Positions 9,181 through 20,700 of a stretch of DNA of 64,000 nt are shown piece after piece. The translations under genes were made by a program, and so were the position numbers. The stretch spans positions 1,513,423 through 1,577,422 of the forward strand of contig OZ241890.1 in the NCBI GenBank assembly GCA_965203475.1. The letters are read 5' to 3'. Each line of letters opens with the position of its first letter. Position 1 is the first letter of the stretch. The DNA is from Gammaproteobacteria bacterium (lineage in GTDB: Bacteria; Pseudomonadota; Gammaproteobacteria; UBA4575). The notes beneath the pieces were generated by a model. The model ran no database searches. It was given only the letters and a program-made list of their open reading frames with translations, and had not been told where the DNA came from.

Positions 9181-9421
9181 ACTATTTCCTTGGACCGCGG
9201 ACGATACGATACTGGTCTAAACGCTGTCAACAAACCTTAATCTTATATTCTAAAAACGTCAGCGAGGCAGCCAAGACAAGGCAAAAATTTCAGAATAAGC
9301 GGAGTTTACATATAAGTAAATGAGCATTATGAAAGAATTTTTAACGCAGTACTGGCAACACAGCTAGTTTTTAGACATTAAACCTAAAATGTACGACGTA
9401 TATCCTTGTACCTCTAGCCTC

Positions 9422-10513
9422 TTATACATTAAACCTAAAATGCACAACGTCTCCTTCTCGCATTACGTAATCTTTGCCCTCTAAACGCCACTTCCCTTGG
9501 TCTTTGGCCCCGGCTTCACCACTGGCTTCAACATAGTCTTGGTAAGCTACAACTTCAGCACGGATAAAGCCTTTTTCAAAATCGGTATGAATTTTTCCAG
9601 CGGCTTGTGGCGCGGTAGAACCAGAGCGCACTGTCCACGCACGTGCTTCTTTAGGGCCTGCCGTAAAAAATGTTTGTAAACCTAATAATTCATACCCTGC
9701 ACGAATTACTCGATTTAATCCTGGCTCGTTCAAACCTAACTCAGCTAAATATTCTTGTTGTTCTTCCTTATTTAATTGCGCAAGTTCAGCTTCTATCTTT
9801 GCACACACTGGTACCACTTGAATAGATTTAGACTTGGCTAATTCTTCGAGTTGTTGTAAATGAGGATTGTTTTCAAATCCATCTTCAGCAACATTTGCGA
9901 TATAAAACGCTGGCTTGTGTGTAATTAAATGTAATTCTTTAATTAGATACTCTTGTTCTTTATCAATCACAAAACTATGGGCTAACTGTTCTTCTTCTAA
10001 ATGTTTTTTTAATGCCTGAAATATTTCTAATTGTGCTAGAGATTCTTTGTTACCAGATTTTGCGACACGTTCTACACGACTAATCGCTTTCTCAATCGTT
10101 TCTAAATCTGCAAGTATTAATTCAGTGGTGATAGTTTCTAAATCGGAAAGGGGATCAATTTTTCCATCTACATGAATAATATTTTCATCATCAAAACATC
10201 TCACCACATGGGCAATCGCATCTGTTTCACGAATATGGCCTAAAAACTGGTTGCCCAAGCCTTCACCCTTAGAAGCTCCTGCAACTAATCCAGCAATGTC
10301 TACAAATTCAATAGTGGTAGGAATTACTTCTTTGGATTGAGCAATTTTTGCCAAGGAGTCTAATCGTTCATCAGGCACAGGAACAATGCCTACATTAGGA
10401 TCGATGGTACAAAACGGATAATTTTCGGCTGCAATTTCCGTGGCAGTTAATGCATTAAATAATGTTGATTTGCCTACATTAGGCAAACCCACGATGCCAC
10501 ATGTAAACCCCAT
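9422..10513 (-). CDS. ychF: Ribosome-binding ATPase YchF
   Basis: [16 protein letters not shown]-loop and TGS C-terminus; conserved synteny with pth. Confidence 0.92.
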   Translation of the reverse strand: MGFTCGIVGLPNVGKSTLFNALTATEIAAENYPFCTIDPNVGIVPVPDERLDSLAKIAQSKEVIPTTIEFVDIAGLVAGASKGEGLGNQFLGHIRETDAIAHVVRCFDDENIIHVDGKIDPLSDLETITTELILADLETIEKAISRVERVAKSGNKESLAQLEIFQALKKHLEEEQLAHSFVIDKEQEYLIKELHLITHKPAFYIANVAEDGFENNPHLQQLEELAKSKSIQVVPVCAKIEAELAQLNKEEQQEYLAELGLNEPGLNRVIRAGYELLGLQTFFTAGPKEARAWTVRSGSTAPQAAGKIHTDFEKGFIRAEVVAYQDYVEASGEAGAKDQGKWRLEGKDYVMREGDVVHFRFNV

Positions 10514-10516
10514 AGA

Positions 10517-11101
10517 CTAATTCTTGGTGTGCAAATTTTTCATTGCCGCTTCCATGTCTCCATGCAAACATTCTGGCAATGAAAATAGAGCATCATCCAG
10601 TGCACGTTCAATACTTTTTCGATCCACTGAACTTGTTTTTTTCAAAACATAGTTAACGACTTCATCCTTATGGCCTGGATGACCTACACCAATGCGTAAA
10701 CGCCAGAAGTTTTGACTAAGATGAGAAAAAATACTGCGCAAGCCATTATGCCCCCCATGCCCTCCCGCCCACTTAATTTTTACATCGCCTACAGGCAAAT
10801 CGATTTCATCATGGGCAACTAATATTTGCTCGGAAGGAATTTTGTAAAAATCAGCAAAGGGGCGTAAAGATTCACCACTGTCATTCATATAGGTCTGTGG
10901 TTTTAAAAGCCAAGTCTTTTCGCCCTGAAATGAAAAGTGTGCGACTTCTCCTTTAAATTTTGATTCTAATTTATAGACAGCATTTTCTTTTTTAGCGACT
11001 TCATCTACAAACCAAAACCCGGCATTATGCCGGGTTTGTAAATGTTTTTCGTCCGGGTTTCCAAGCCCTACAATTAGACGAATGCCTTTTTGATTCGACA
11101 C
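10517..11101 (-). CDS. pth: Peptidyl-tRNA hydrolase
   Basis: LIVGLGNPDEKHLQTRHNAGF motif. Confidence 0.92.
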   Translation of the reverse strand: MSNQKGIRLIVGLGNPDEKHLQTRHNAGFWFVDEVAKKENAVYKLESKFKGEVAHFSFQGEKTWLLKPQTYMNDSGESLRPFADFYKIPSEQILVAHDEIDLPVGDVKIKWAGGHGGHNGLRSIFSHLSQNFWRLRIGVGHPGHKDEVVNYVLKKTSSVDRKSIERALDDALFSLPECLHGDMEAAMKNLHTKN

Positions 11102-11122
11102 TTATGAAATTTTAGAAATGAT

Positions 11123-11821
11123 TTAAGAGTCGTCTCCTTCTGACTTCTCTTCACTATCTTCTTGGGATTCTTTATCTTCAGTCGTTTCTTCTTCTGCTGC
11201 TTCGTCTTCTTCACTTACAACAGGTTCTTCCTCTTCAACGGCACGTTTCACATGCACTGAAACTACAACATGGTCATGGCCTTCACCATGTGCAAGTTCT
11301 ACAATAGTCACCCCTTCTGGAACTTTAACTTCACTTAAATGAATAGTTTCGTTTAGTTTGAGATCTGCAACATCGACTTCGATAAACTCAGGAAGGTCTT
11401 TGGGCAAACAGATAATTTCAAGTTCAACAAAGTTGTGACTGATTACACCACCTTCCATTTTTACACCGTGACAAATATCTTCATTAATAAAATGCAAAGG
11501 TACATGTACATTAATGGCAGTATCTTCACGAACACGTAATAAATCTACATGTAGCACAGTAGGCCTGTAAGGATGACGCTGTAAATCACGCAAAATTGTT
11601 TTTTGTTTTTTCTTGCCAACATTTACTGTCAAAATGTGAGAATAAAAAGCTTCTTGCTCAAGGTTGTGCATAAAGGAGTCATGATCTAATGTTACCGAGA
11701 CAGGGTCTTCTCCCCCGCCATAAATCACAGCAGGAATTTTTCCTGATTTACGCAGTCGTCGGCTCGCACCTTTCCCAAGATCACTTCTTGGTTCTGCATC
11801 AAATGTAAAATCGAGACTCAT
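11123..11821 (-). CDS. rplY: 50S ribosomal protein L25 / general stress protein Ctc, with acidic C-terminal tail
   Basis: L25/Ctc fold sequence, acidic tail, position between pth and prs. Confidence 0.85.
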   Translation of the reverse strand: MSLDFTFDAEPRSDLGKGASRRLRKSGKIPAVIYGGGEDPVSVTLDHDSFMHNLEQEAFYSHILTVNVGKKKQKTILRDLQRHPYRPTVLHVDLLRVREDTAINVHVPLHFINEDICHGVKMEGGVISHNFVELEIICLPKDLPEFIEVDVADLKLNETIHLSEVKVPEGVTIVELAHGEGHDHVVVSVHVKRAVEEEEPVVSEEDEAAEEETTEDKESQEDSEEKSEGDDS

Positions 11822-11856
11822 TTTCTACTCCAGCTTCAATCTCAAAACGAGATTAA

Positions 11857-12831
11857 TTAATCCATATATAGTGTACTGACAGATTCTTCTTGATTGATCC
11901 GTCGCATCGATTCTGCGATGAGACCTGATACTTCCAACTGGCGTATCCGAGTACATGCCTTGGCATCATCGCGGAGCGGAATTGTATCAGTTACTACCAA
12001 TTCATCCAGCGTAGAGTTATTAAGATTTTCAATGGCCTTACCAGAAAGGACTGGATGGGTGGCATAGGCCCGCACACTGGAGGCTCCATGTTTTTTCAGC
12101 GCCGAGGCTGCCTGACACAGAGTGCCAGCTGTATCGACCAAATCATCAATGATATAGCAAGATTTTCCCTTTACCTCACCAATGATATGCATCACTTCAG
12201 CCTTATTCGCTTCAGGGCGTCTTTTATCAATGATGGCCAAATCAGCATCATCCAGACGTTTTGCTAAAGCTCGAGCCCGCACCACGCCTCCGACATCAGG
12301 AGACACCACAATAAGATTCGGGTCTTTGCGTTTATACACATCTCCTAATAACACGGGCGAGGCATACACATTATCCACCGGTATATCAAAAAACCCCTGA
12401 ATTTGATCTGCATGCAAATCTACCGTTAGCACACGATCAGCACCAACACTGCTAATCAGATTAGCCACTACCTTGGCTGATATTGGAACTCGAATGGAGC
12501 GCACACGGCGGTCTTGTCGTGAATATCCAAAATATGGAATAACAGTGGTAATCCGCTCCGCCGAGGAACGTTTCAGCGCATCGACAATTATTAGTAACTC
12601 CATGATATTTTCGTTGGTCGGCATACACGTAGGTTGCACAACGAATACATCTTTACCCCGGACGTTTTCTTGAATTTCTACCTGCACCTCTCCATCACTA
12701 AATCGACTCATTAGAGCCTTACCCAATGGAATATTCAAATAGTCGACAATATCTTGGGCAAGCTTCGGATGTGCGTTTCCAGAAAACACCATCATGTTGC
12801 TGTCGGGAGGTAATGTCCTTTGACGAATCAT
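11857..12831 (-). CDS. prs: Ribose-phosphate pyrophosphokinase
   Basis: PRPP synthetase motifs. The true start is probably the internal [14 protein letters not shown] (~12795). Confidence 0.9.
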   Translation of the reverse strand: MIRQRTLPPDSNMMVFSGNAHPKLAQDIVDYLNIPLGKALMSRFSDGEVQVEIQENVRGKDVFVVQPTCMPTNENIMELLIIVDALKRSSAERITTVIPYFGYSRQDRRVRSIRVPISAKVVANLISSVGADRVLTVDLHADQIQGFFDIPVDNVYASPVLLGDVYKRKDPNLIVVSPDVGGVVRARALAKRLDDADLAIIDKRRPEANKAEVMHIIGEVKGKSCYIIDDLVDTAGTLCQAASALKKHGASSVRAYATHPVLSGKAIENLNNSTLDELVVTDTIPLRDDAKACTRIRQLEVSGLIAESMRRINQEESVSTLYMD

Positions 12832-12883
12832 AAAAGTTTATAGTGCCTTTAAATTTTAAAAAATCTTAATAAAATATTTAGTT

Positions 12884-12958
12884 TGGCTGGGCCGGCAGGA
12901 TTCGAACCTGCGAATGCCGGGATCAAAACCCGGTGCCTTACCACTTGGCGACGGCCCA
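12884..12958 (-). tRNA. tRNA-Gln (anticodon TTG)
   Basis: Reverse complement TGGGCCGTCGCCAAGTGGTAAGGCACCGGGTTTTGATCCCGGCATTCGCAGGTTCGAATCCTGCCGGCCCAGCCA, close to E. coli glnU/V. Confidence 0.88.
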
Positions 12959-12975
12959 ATTTTAATGCCTGTGAA

Positions 12976-13854
12976 CTATACCTGATTCTCATCATTCAAT
13001 GAAAAAATAGGCGAGCGATTCATGGATTTTGTCACATGAACAGTAAATTCTTTAGGACAATTTGCAGCCACATTTTCCGCTTCCGCTTGCGATGCAAACT
13101 TCCCGAATAGCGCACTCCCCGATCCAGTTAAATGAGGCTTTGTATACTCACTTAACCACTGAAACGCTTGTTCTATTTGTGGATGCTTACGCGCAATAGT
13201 TTCGAACACATTTTGTGTATGTAGATACCAATCGTTCAATTTAGAAAAGTCACGTATTTTCATGGGCGTGCAATTTCGTGTCAAATCAGGATTTGTAAAC
13301 ATGTGTGCAGTACTCATGCGTACGTTCGGAAATACAATTAGGTACCAATGCTCCAAAACATCCAGCGGTGATAGCACATCACCTTTACCTTCTACCCAGC
13401 ATGTTTGACCCCGCACAAATACAGGAACATCTGCCCCTAGCTGAATGGCCAGTTCTATTAATTCTGTGTTGGATAGCCCACAGCCCCATAGGTGGTTAAG
13501 TGCCAATAGAGTAGTTGCTGCATTAGAACTCCCGCCCCCCAAACCGGCTCCCATCGGAATGATTTTAGCAAGTAAAATATGTGCACCTTGATCAGTATTG
13601 GTTGTATCTTGTAGTAATTTTGCAGCAAGTAACACCAAATTTTCTTGTTCATTAATATCAACTGCAGTCTCACATGAAATAGATTTTCCTTCATGCGTTT
13701 TAAAGACAAGCTCATCACAAAGATCTATAAACTGAATTACGGACTGTAGCTCGTGATAACCATCTTCGCGTTTTCCAAGAATATGCAAAAATAAATTAAT
13801 CTTTGCAGGTGCCAGCCATGTGTTTACAGTAGATTCTGGATTGGGTGGATTCAA
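12976..13854 (-). CDS. ispE: 4-diphosphocytidyl-2-C-methyl-D-erythritol kinase
   Basis: GHMP kinase motif PMGAGLGGGSSNAA; synteny between lolB and prs. Confidence 0.9.
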   Translation of the reverse strand: MNPPNPESTVNTWLAPAKINLFLHILGKREDGYHELQSVIQFIDLCDELVFKTHEGKSISCETAVDINEQENLVLLAAKLLQDTTNTDQGAHILLAKIIPMGAGLGGGSSNAATTLLALNHLWGCGLSNTELIELAIQLGADVPVFVRGQTCWVEGKGDVLSPLDVLEHWYLIVFPNVRMSTAHMFTNPDLTRNCTPMKIRDFSKLNDWYLHTQNVFETIARKHPQIEQAFQWLSEYTKPHLTGSGSALFGKFASQAEAENVAANCPKEFTVHVTKSMNRSPIFSLNDENQV

Positions 13855-13875
13855 TATTCTAATGTTACTGATATT

Positions 13876-14484
13876 TTATTCGGGCAATTCCCAGCGATGG
13901 ATAATAATTTTTGCCTGCAATGTTGGATTGGATACTTTAATAAATGCCGGCAATGATGGTGCTCCATTATGATAGCGTTGATAATCAATCAGCCAACCCG
14001 CTTGATCTAGCTGTTTTAAGCGACCTTGCTCGTCCAGCTCTAAAGACGCATATACTAATTCAGGGTTAGGAATTCCTCGTAACCAATACCGCAATCCATT
14101 CACCGGAAGCGAATAACCTAATAAGCCCTGCATTAAACTTTCTGCATCTTGAGCTTCAAGCTGTTCGCCTTTTGAAGTATTGAGCTGAACTTGTTGGGCA
14201 TCGCCATCAATTATCGCGACTTTTCTGCCAAGAGGATCTAATAATTCAATTTCAAAATCTTGTTGTTGTTGTTGCCAATGTACGCCTGCACGAAAACCTT
14301 CTTCATTCGATTTGCCAGCAACACGTCCTTTTAAGCTCCAAGTTATTAAATCTTCTAGTTGCTGGCGATGCACATCCCATGCATCTTCATTTGTAACAGT
14401 TGTACCCACTTCAACAGTAGGCTCTTGCACAGTTGCACAAGCAGACACGAACAAAAACAAAAATATGAATACGAGCTGCCGCAT
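13876..14484 (-). CDS. lolB: Outer-membrane lipoprotein LolB
   Basis: Lipobox (VSAC); LolB family sequence and synteny. Confidence 0.8.
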   Translation of the reverse strand: MRQLVFIFLFLFVSACATVQEPTVEVGTTVTNEDAWDVHRQQLEDLITWSLKGRVAGKSNEEGFRAGVHWQQQQQDFEIELLDPLGRKVAIIDGDAQQVQLNTSKGEQLEAQDAESLMQGLLGYSLPVNGLRYWLRGIPNPELVYASLELDEQGRLKQLDQAGWLIDYQRYHNGAPSLPAFIKVSNPTLQAKIIIHRWELPE

Positions 14485-14519
14485 TAGCAGTTACTATAAC
14501 TGATTTGTACGTAAACGAA

Positions 14520-16274
14520 TTACTGTTGGAATTTTTCTTGAAGTTCTAAAAGATATTTATCGTCAGGATTTCGCTCTAACTCCTGTTTCATTAAGTTGCG
14601 CGCTTCTTCATACTCGCCTTTCGCCCATAATAACTCAACTAAATGGCCTGCAATTTCGGCATCACTTAATAATGTATAGGCTTTGCGCAAATAAGTTTCA
14701 GCCTCTTCATAATTTCCTAACCTAAAGTGCACCCAGCCCATACTATCGATCACAGCCGGATCATCAGGACGAAACTCCAGTGCTTTTTCTATATAACCCA
14801 ACGCTTCTTCTAAACGGTAATTATGATCTGCTAATGTATAACCTAATGCATTTAAGGCGGATGCATTATTTGGATCCTCTGAAAGAATGGCCCGCAAATC
14901 TAATTCCAGTAAATCAATGCGATCGATTTCTTCTGCCATTAACGCGCGCGCATATAACAAATCACTATGCCCAGGAAACTCTTGCAAGCCTTCGCTATAT
15001 AGATCCATTGCAGCTACATATAATTTTTCATCATGTAGCAATTGTCCTTCAATTAAGTACACCTCAATAATTTGTTCCGGCATACTTAGCTGGCCACGTA
15101 ATTCCTTCAAATACCTTTGTGCTTTATCAATTCCTTCCAGATCAACATAGATAGAAGCAATTCGAGCTTGAGCATCTAAATAATACTGCCCTTGCTGTAC
15201 TTGCTCCAATTCAGCAATAGCGCCTGTTAAGTTTCCTTGCTCTTCTTCAACCCTTCCCAAGTAATAACGCCCTTCATCTCTTCGGTGATTACGGTCAACC
15301 AAACGTTTGAATTGTACTTTTGCCTTATCGAATTCTTCTTGTTGCAAATGTAATAGTCCCAATCGATAAATGAGCTCACTATCGTTAGGATTTTCGGCTA
15401 ATAAAATTTCGAATTCCGCAGTGGCTTCTTTATATTGCTCCGCAGTGATTAACATACGCGCATACGCCATACGCATTTCGCGATTTCCTGGCTGTTCTTC
15501 CACAACTACTTTCATTTCTTGCAATGCCTGATCAGTTTCGCCAAGATTCATTAACGCTTGTGCACGCATAGCTCTTGCTTCAACTAAGTCATCTTTGAAT
15601 CCAATCGCAAGCTCTGCTTCATCAATTGTGCGTTGATAGTCTTGCGCCTGAAAAGCAACACTAGCCAAAGTTAAATGGCCATAAGGATTTTCGAAATTTT
15701 TATTGACTAATGTTTCGAGTAACTGAATGGATGCTTCAGAATCCGCCTCACGAACTAACACTGCACCAATGATACTGAATCCTTTTGCAGGAGAATCTTC
15801 GGCCGCCTGCATAATTTTTTCAAAATGCGGTACGGCGCCATCAACATCACCACTACGTAATTCCAGTACCCCTAAAATTTGGCTGATCTCTATATTTTCT
15901 CCTGCCAATTCTGACCATCTGGTGGCCGCTTCAATACCGGCTTCCCAATCTTTACTGAACATGGCAATGCGTGTGGCACGTTCTGCAATAGCAGGGTCAC
16001 CTGAAAGATTCGCCGCATTCACATAATGCTCAAGTGCCTGATTCACATCGCCAAATTGACCCGAAAGTTCGCCGACCAGTACCTCATACATGAGATCGGA
16101 TTGGGCATCATATTTTTCCGTCTTGGTTTGCCTAATTTCTAACGACCGATTGGGATCCCCCAAGCGCTCTGTGCCATCGTCCATTTGCAAAGAAGCGCAG
16201 CTCATCAGGCCAGAAATAGCCAATATAGGCCCTAAAAGGTATGGGATCCGTAGAAATGTGGCGTTAATCTTCAA
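14520..16274 (-). CDS. TPR-repeat lipoprotein
   Basis: Many TPR repeats; lipobox LMSC; conserved position upstream of lolB. Confidence 0.8.
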   Translation of the reverse strand: MKINATFLRIPYLLGPILAISGLMSCASLQMDDGTERLGDPNRSLEIRQTKTEKYDAQSDLMYEVLVGELSGQFGDVNQALEHYVNAANLSGDPAIAERATRIAMFSKDWEAGIEAATRWSELAGENIEISQILGVLELRSGDVDGAVPHFEKIMQAAEDSPAKGFSIIGAVLVREADSEASIQLLETLVNKNFENPYGHLTLASVAFQAQDYQRTIDEAELAIGFKDDLVEARAMRAQALMNLGETDQALQEMKVVVEEQPGNREMRMAYARMLITAEQYKEATAEFEILLAENPNDSELIYRLGLLHLQQEEFDKAKVQFKRLVDRNHRRDEGRYYLGRVEEEQGNLTGAIAELEQVQQGQYYLDAQARIASIYVDLEGIDKAQRYLKELRGQLSMPEQIIEVYLIEGQLLHDEKLYVAAMDLYSEGLQEFPGHSDLLYARALMAEEIDRIDLLELDLRAILSEDPNNASALNALGYTLADHNYRLEEALGYIEKALEFRPDDPAVIDSMGWVHFRLGNYEEAETYLRKAYTLLSDAEIAGHLVELLWAKGEYEEARNLMKQELERNPDDKYLLELQEKFQQ

Positions 16275-16451
16275 TTTACTGAGTTATGAGGGTTACTGAA
16301 TTAAACTATACCTAATATTACTGTAGTTATCTGAGCAATTCACACGCATTTTGACAAAAAATACAGGAACTTAGACCTACAATCGTCAGAGAAATTCTCC
16401 AATTAGTGAAACCTATCTAATCATATTTTTGACAAATTACGTATAGCTCCC

Positions 16452-17717
16452 ATGGCACTACTCACTCTTGGAATTAATCACACAACAGCGCCTGTTGAAG
16501 TCCGCGAGCGTGTGGCGATTAATGAACAAAATCTTGCCCACGCCTTAAAAAAATTAATCACCGTGCCCGAAGTAGATGAGGCCGCTATTATTTCTACCTG
16601 CAATCGTACAGAGCTTTATTGCGAAGTTGGACAGTCTGACAAAGGCAAAGGTGAAATTCTTAATTGGCTCACTTCTTTTCACAATTTAAATTCAAGTGAT
16701 ACAGAACCCTATATTTATGATCATTTAGATGAATCTGTTGTAAGACATATTTTTCGTGTGGCTTGTGGACTCGACTCCATGGTGCTAGGCGAACCACAAA
16801 TTCTTGGACAAATTAAAACAGCCTATCAAGATGCTTCTGATGCTGGCACCTTGGGCAGAAATTTAAATCAACTTTTTCAAACAGCATTTAGTGTTGCAAA
16901 AAAAGTTCGCACCAATACCGCTATTGGTTCTAACCCAGTCTCTGTTGCTTCTGCTGCCGTATCTTTATCTAAAAAAATATTTGGAGACCTTAACAATCAA
17001 TCTGCGTTACTTTTAGGTGCAGGAGAAACCATTGAACTAGCTGCAGAACATTTAAAAAGTTCAGACATAGGCAAAATAATCGTTGCCAATCGAAGTGTTG
17101 AACGTGCACAGAGAATTGCGGATCGTGTAGCAGGACACGGAGTAAGTTTAAACTTTGTCAATGAGGCATTACCTCAATCCGATATGGTAATTACTGCTAC
17201 TGCAAGCACTTTGCCCATTATCGGCAAAGGATTAGTTGAACGTGCTTTAAAACTTCGAAAACATAAACCCATCTTTATGGTGGATCTTGCAGTACCAAGA
17301 GACATTGAGCCTGAAGTGGCCAATCTATCTGATATATATCTTTATACCATTGATGATTTACAAAATGTCATCGAGGGAAATTTACAATCTCGCCAAGAAG
17401 CCGCTGAACAAGCAGAAGAAATCATTAATCATGAAGTTGAACAATTTTCTCTATGGTTGCGAGGCCTAGGGGTCGTAGAAACCGTTCGTGCTTATCGCAG
17501 CAAAGCTGAGATTCAGCGTGATGCAGTATTGGAAAAAGCTCAAAAAATGCTAGAACAAGGCAAACCAATTGAAGATGTATTACAGTATTTAGCATTTACC
17601 TTAACTAATAAATTAACACATGACCCCACCGAAGCTTTAAATATCGCTGGTCAACAAGGTAAAAATGAGTTGATCGAAGCCGCCAGAATACTGTTAAATA
17701 TCACTCCTAATGATTAA
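16452..17717 (+). CDS. hemA: Glutamyl-tRNA reductase
   Basis: ISTCNRTELY motif and NAD-binding GAGETIEL. Confidence 0.92.
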   Translation: MALLTLGINHTTAPVEVRERVAINEQNLAHALKKLITVPEVDEAAIISTCNRTELYCEVGQSDKGKGEILNWLTSFHNLNSSDTEPYIYDHLDESVVRHIFRVACGLDSMVLGEPQILGQIKTAYQDASDAGTLGRNLNQLFQTAFSVAKKVRTNTAIGSNPVSVASAAVSLSKKIFGDLNNQSALLLGAGETIELAAEHLKSSDIGKIIVANRSVERAQRIADRVAGHGVSLNFVNEALPQSDMVITATASTLPIIGKGLVERALKLRKHKPIFMVDLAVPRDIEPEVANLSDIYLYTIDDLQNVIEGNLQSRQEAAEQAEEIINHEVEQFSLWLRGLGVVETVRAYRSKAEIQRDAVLEKAQKMLEQGKPIEDVLQYLAFTLTNKLTHDPTEALNIAGQQGKNELIEAARILLNITPND

Positions 17718-17860
17718 TCAAAGCAGTTATTCAATTAATTTTTCCATGCTAAAGCATTCAAGCATAGTCTATTTATTTTTTCATTAGCTGAAAATAATTT
17801 CTTATTATTTATCGCACTCTTACTTTGAGTGTAATCATTCTATTTTTTACTGTTTTCAAA

Positions 17861-18943
17861 ATGAAAGATTCAATTCTAAATAAATTAGAAAAAATTAAAG
17901 AGCGGCATGAGGAAATTGCAGCAGAACTTGCTGATCCTGGCGTAATCAATAATCAGAATGAATTTACCAAGCTATCCAAAGAGTATGCGCAGCTCGAACC
18001 TGTAGTGAATCGATACAATGCCTATCAACAAGCTATTGAAGATAAAAATGCAGCACAAGAGATGGCCGATGATAACGACGAAGAGCTTAAAACGTTAGCA
18101 CTGGAAGAGTTAAAAGAAATAGAGACAAACTTAGGTACTCTTGAGCAAGAATTGCAAACATTACTGCTGCCTAAAGATCCGCATGACGAAAGCAATGTGT
18201 ATTTAGAAATTCGTGCAGGCACGGGTGGAGATGAGGCTGCAATATTTGCAGGTGATTTATTTAGAATGTATTCACGATATGCTGAAAACAAAGGTTGGAA
18301 AGTAGAAATCATCAATCAGAACGAAGGTGACCATGGTGGTTATAAAGAAATCATTGCTAAAATTAATGGGAATGAAGTGTATTCAAATTTAAAATTTGAA
18401 TCGGGCGCTCATCGTGTACAACGAGTCCCTGAAACAGAATCTCAAGGTCGAGTACATACCTCGGCGGCCACGGTTGCCATCATGCCAGAAGTTGATGAAA
18501 TCGATGAAGTTGAAATTGATGCTTCTGATTTGCGCATCGATACTTTTCGCGCATCGGGTGCTGGCGGTCAGCATGTAAATAAAACAGATTCTGCGATTCG
18601 AATCACCCATATACCTTCGGGCATTGTCGTGGAATGCCAGGATGAACGTTCACAACATAAAAATCGTGCCCGTGCCATGTCACTATTGAGTGCACGCATG
18701 CTTGATCAAGAACGTCAAAAACAATTTGATGAACAAGCCGAAACTCGACGCAATTTAGTGGGTAGTGGTGATCGATCAGAACGCATTCGTACCTATAATT
18801 TTCCACAGGGTCGTGTAACAGACCACCGCATTAATTTAACCTTGTATAAGCTTGATGAAATGATGCAAGGCAATGTTGATCAAGTAGTTCAGCCTCTTCG
18901 CAACGAGCATCAAGCCGATTTATTAGCTTCCGTGAATGAATAA
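17861..18943 (+). CDS. prfA: Peptide chain release factor 1
   Basis: GGQ motif ([19 protein letters not shown]) and a PxT-region. The ATG at 17861 ([10 protein letters not shown]) is preferred over the track start at 17825. Confidence 0.92.
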   Translation: MKDSILNKLEKIKERHEEIAAELADPGVINNQNEFTKLSKEYAQLEPVVNRYNAYQQAIEDKNAAQEMADDNDEELKTLALEELKEIETNLGTLEQELQTLLLPKDPHDESNVYLEIRAGTGGDEAAIFAGDLFRMYSRYAENKGWKVEIINQNEGDHGGYKEIIAKINGNEVYSNLKFESGAHRVQRVPETESQGRVHTSAATVAIMPEVDEIDEVEIDASDLRIDTFRASGAGGQHVNKTDSAIRITHIPSGIVVECQDERSQHKNRARAMSLLSARMLDQERQKQFDEQAETRRNLVGSGDRSERIRTYNFPQGRVTDHRINLTLYKLDEMMQGNVDQVVQPLRNEHQADLLASVNE

Positions 18944-19795
18944 ATGTACTTCAGTGCTATGACGCGACAAGATGCTATTGAACAAGCCAGCAAAAAACTT
19001 GAACAAATTAGTCAAACACCAAAACTAGATGCACAACTTCTGGTTTGCCATGTCAGTGACATTGAATTATCAAAATTATTTTCCCACCCAGAAGTAACAC
19101 TTGGTCTATCTCAAATTTCTAAATTTGATTCTATTTTAGAACGCCGTATTGCAGGCGAACCTATAGCTTACATTACAGGTACAAAAGAATTCTGGTCACG
19201 AGAATTTGAAGTAAACGAACATGTACTAATTCCCAGACCGGAAACTGAGTTACTAGTGGAACAAGTATTAATTGAACTGCATGATGATAAAACTCTAAAT
19301 ATTCTAGAGTTAGGTACAGGTTCTGGCGCAATTGCAATAACCATTGCGAAAGAATGTCATCAGTGCAACGTTACTGCCACTGATACTTCTGATGCTGCAC
19401 TCGAGCTAGCAAAAACTAATGCCAACAATCATGGTGTTGAAATTGAATTCATCAATAGCAACTGGTATGAAAAAATTAGTAATGAAAATTTTGATGTCAT
19501 TGTATCGAACCCGCCATATGTAGCGGAAAACGATGAGCATTTAGATCTTTATGTGAAACAATATGAACCTGTAACCGCATTAATCAGTTCTGACGACGGG
19601 TTAAAAGACATTAAAATTATTATTCAAAATGCTCCTTTGCACTTAAATTCAAATGGATTTCTCTGTATTGAACATGGACATGATCAAGCTGCTGATGTAT
19701 TTAAGTTTTTTAAAGAAAATAATTTTAGAGAAATTTATACGCATAAAGATCTTGCTAATCTAGACAGAGTGACTACAGGTTTTCTAATGAAGTAG
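18944..19795 (+). CDS. prmC: Release-factor glutamine N5-methyltransferase PrmC (HemK)
   Basis: NPPY motif and SAM-binding GTGSGAIA; immediately follows prfA. Confidence 0.9.
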   Translation: MYFSAMTRQDAIEQASKKLEQISQTPKLDAQLLVCHVSDIELSKLFSHPEVTLGLSQISKFDSILERRIAGEPIAYITGTKEFWSREFEVNEHVLIPRPETELLVEQVLIELHDDKTLNILELGTGSGAIAITIAKECHQCNVTATDTSDAALELAKTNANNHGVEIEFINSNWYEKISNENFDVIVSNPPYVAENDEHLDLYVKQYEPVTALISSDDGLKDIKIIIQNAPLHLNSNGFLCIEHGHDQAADVFKFFKENNFREIYTHKDLANLDRVTTGFLMK

Positions 19796-19907
19796 TTATC
19801 AAAAAATAACGTATTGAAAATTAGTCAATCAATTCTTTTTTAGCTAAAAACTGATACCTTCATCAAATCAAAATACAACTCGTTATGTAAAAATTAAATA
19901 ATTGGTT

Positions 19908-19946
19908 GGGCCTCGCAATATTTACGAGGCCTTTTTTGTTTTACCA
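19908..19946 (+). terminator. Rho-independent terminator after prmC
   Basis: GGGCCTCG-caatatttac-CGAGGCC followed by TTTTTTGTTTT. Confidence 0.75.
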
Positions 19947-19954
19947 AAAAAATA

Positions 19955-20224
19955 ATGGAATTTGATCGAACATTACTCACAGACAATCATTTAATTGCTG
20001 TTGTCAATTGCATTGAGAGAAATGGTTATGCTGTTGATGATTTTGAGTTTTCAACACAACGAAACCATGGATATTCGGAAGGAAAATTAGACCCTAAAGC
20101 GATTGTTTATGTGTTTTGCATCAGCACCGGGATCGAAATGAATTATGTGCTGGGCGATGAGCAAGATTTCTCTATTGCATTTTGCGATGACTTAAAACAG
20201 GGTATATATGACACAAGAAAATAA
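19955..20224 (+). CDS. Hypothetical protein (89 aa)
   Basis: ORF only. Confidence 0.3.
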   Translation: MEFDRTLLTDNHLIAVVNCIERNGYAVDDFEFSTQRNHGYSEGKLDPKAIVYVFCISTGIEMNYVLGDEQDFSIAFCDDLKQGIYDTRK

Positions 20225-20225
20225 A

Positions 20226-20612
20226 CTATTCTCGATTTAATTCCTCATAACGTTTTCTGATTTTTTCTTTATCTATGTAACTTCTCACCACAGGCCATGT
20301 ACTTATAAATGAAAAAAACCAAATCCCTAAGCCTAAACTCAAGCCAGCAAACACTGCTGCAACTAAATGTATTGGTGTTAGCTCTATCGGCTGATAGGCA
20401 ATAATAAATAAAGCAACAATACTTAGCGCTGAGAATAATAATAATCCATTTGCGAGTCGATTTCGTTTCTCCATATACTTATTTTCGCCTTCAAATAAAT
20501 TACAAAAATCTTTTAAAATTTTCTTTTCGTTTTTAAGCACACCTGACTTCCGATCAACAAGATCTGCATTAGGGGGTTTGTATAAGTTTTGAGAGTCGCT
20601 CACAGTAATCAC
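20226..20612 (-). CDS. Hypothetical small membrane protein (128 aa, 2 TM)
   Basis: ORF with two hydrophobic helices. Confidence 0.4.
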   Translation of the reverse strand: MITVSDSQNLYKPPNADLVDRKSGVLKNEKKILKDFCNLFEGENKYMEKRNRLANGLLLFSALSIVALFIIAYQPIELTPIHLVAAVFAGLSLGLGIWFFSFISTWPVVRSYIDKEKIRKRYEELNRE

Positions 20613-20700
20613 ACCAATGTTAGATGCTTTAATGTATGCAATTAAATAGGCATCAAGTCAGCTTTCGAGCCAAAACAGCCAATTCAGCTGATCAGCTAGA

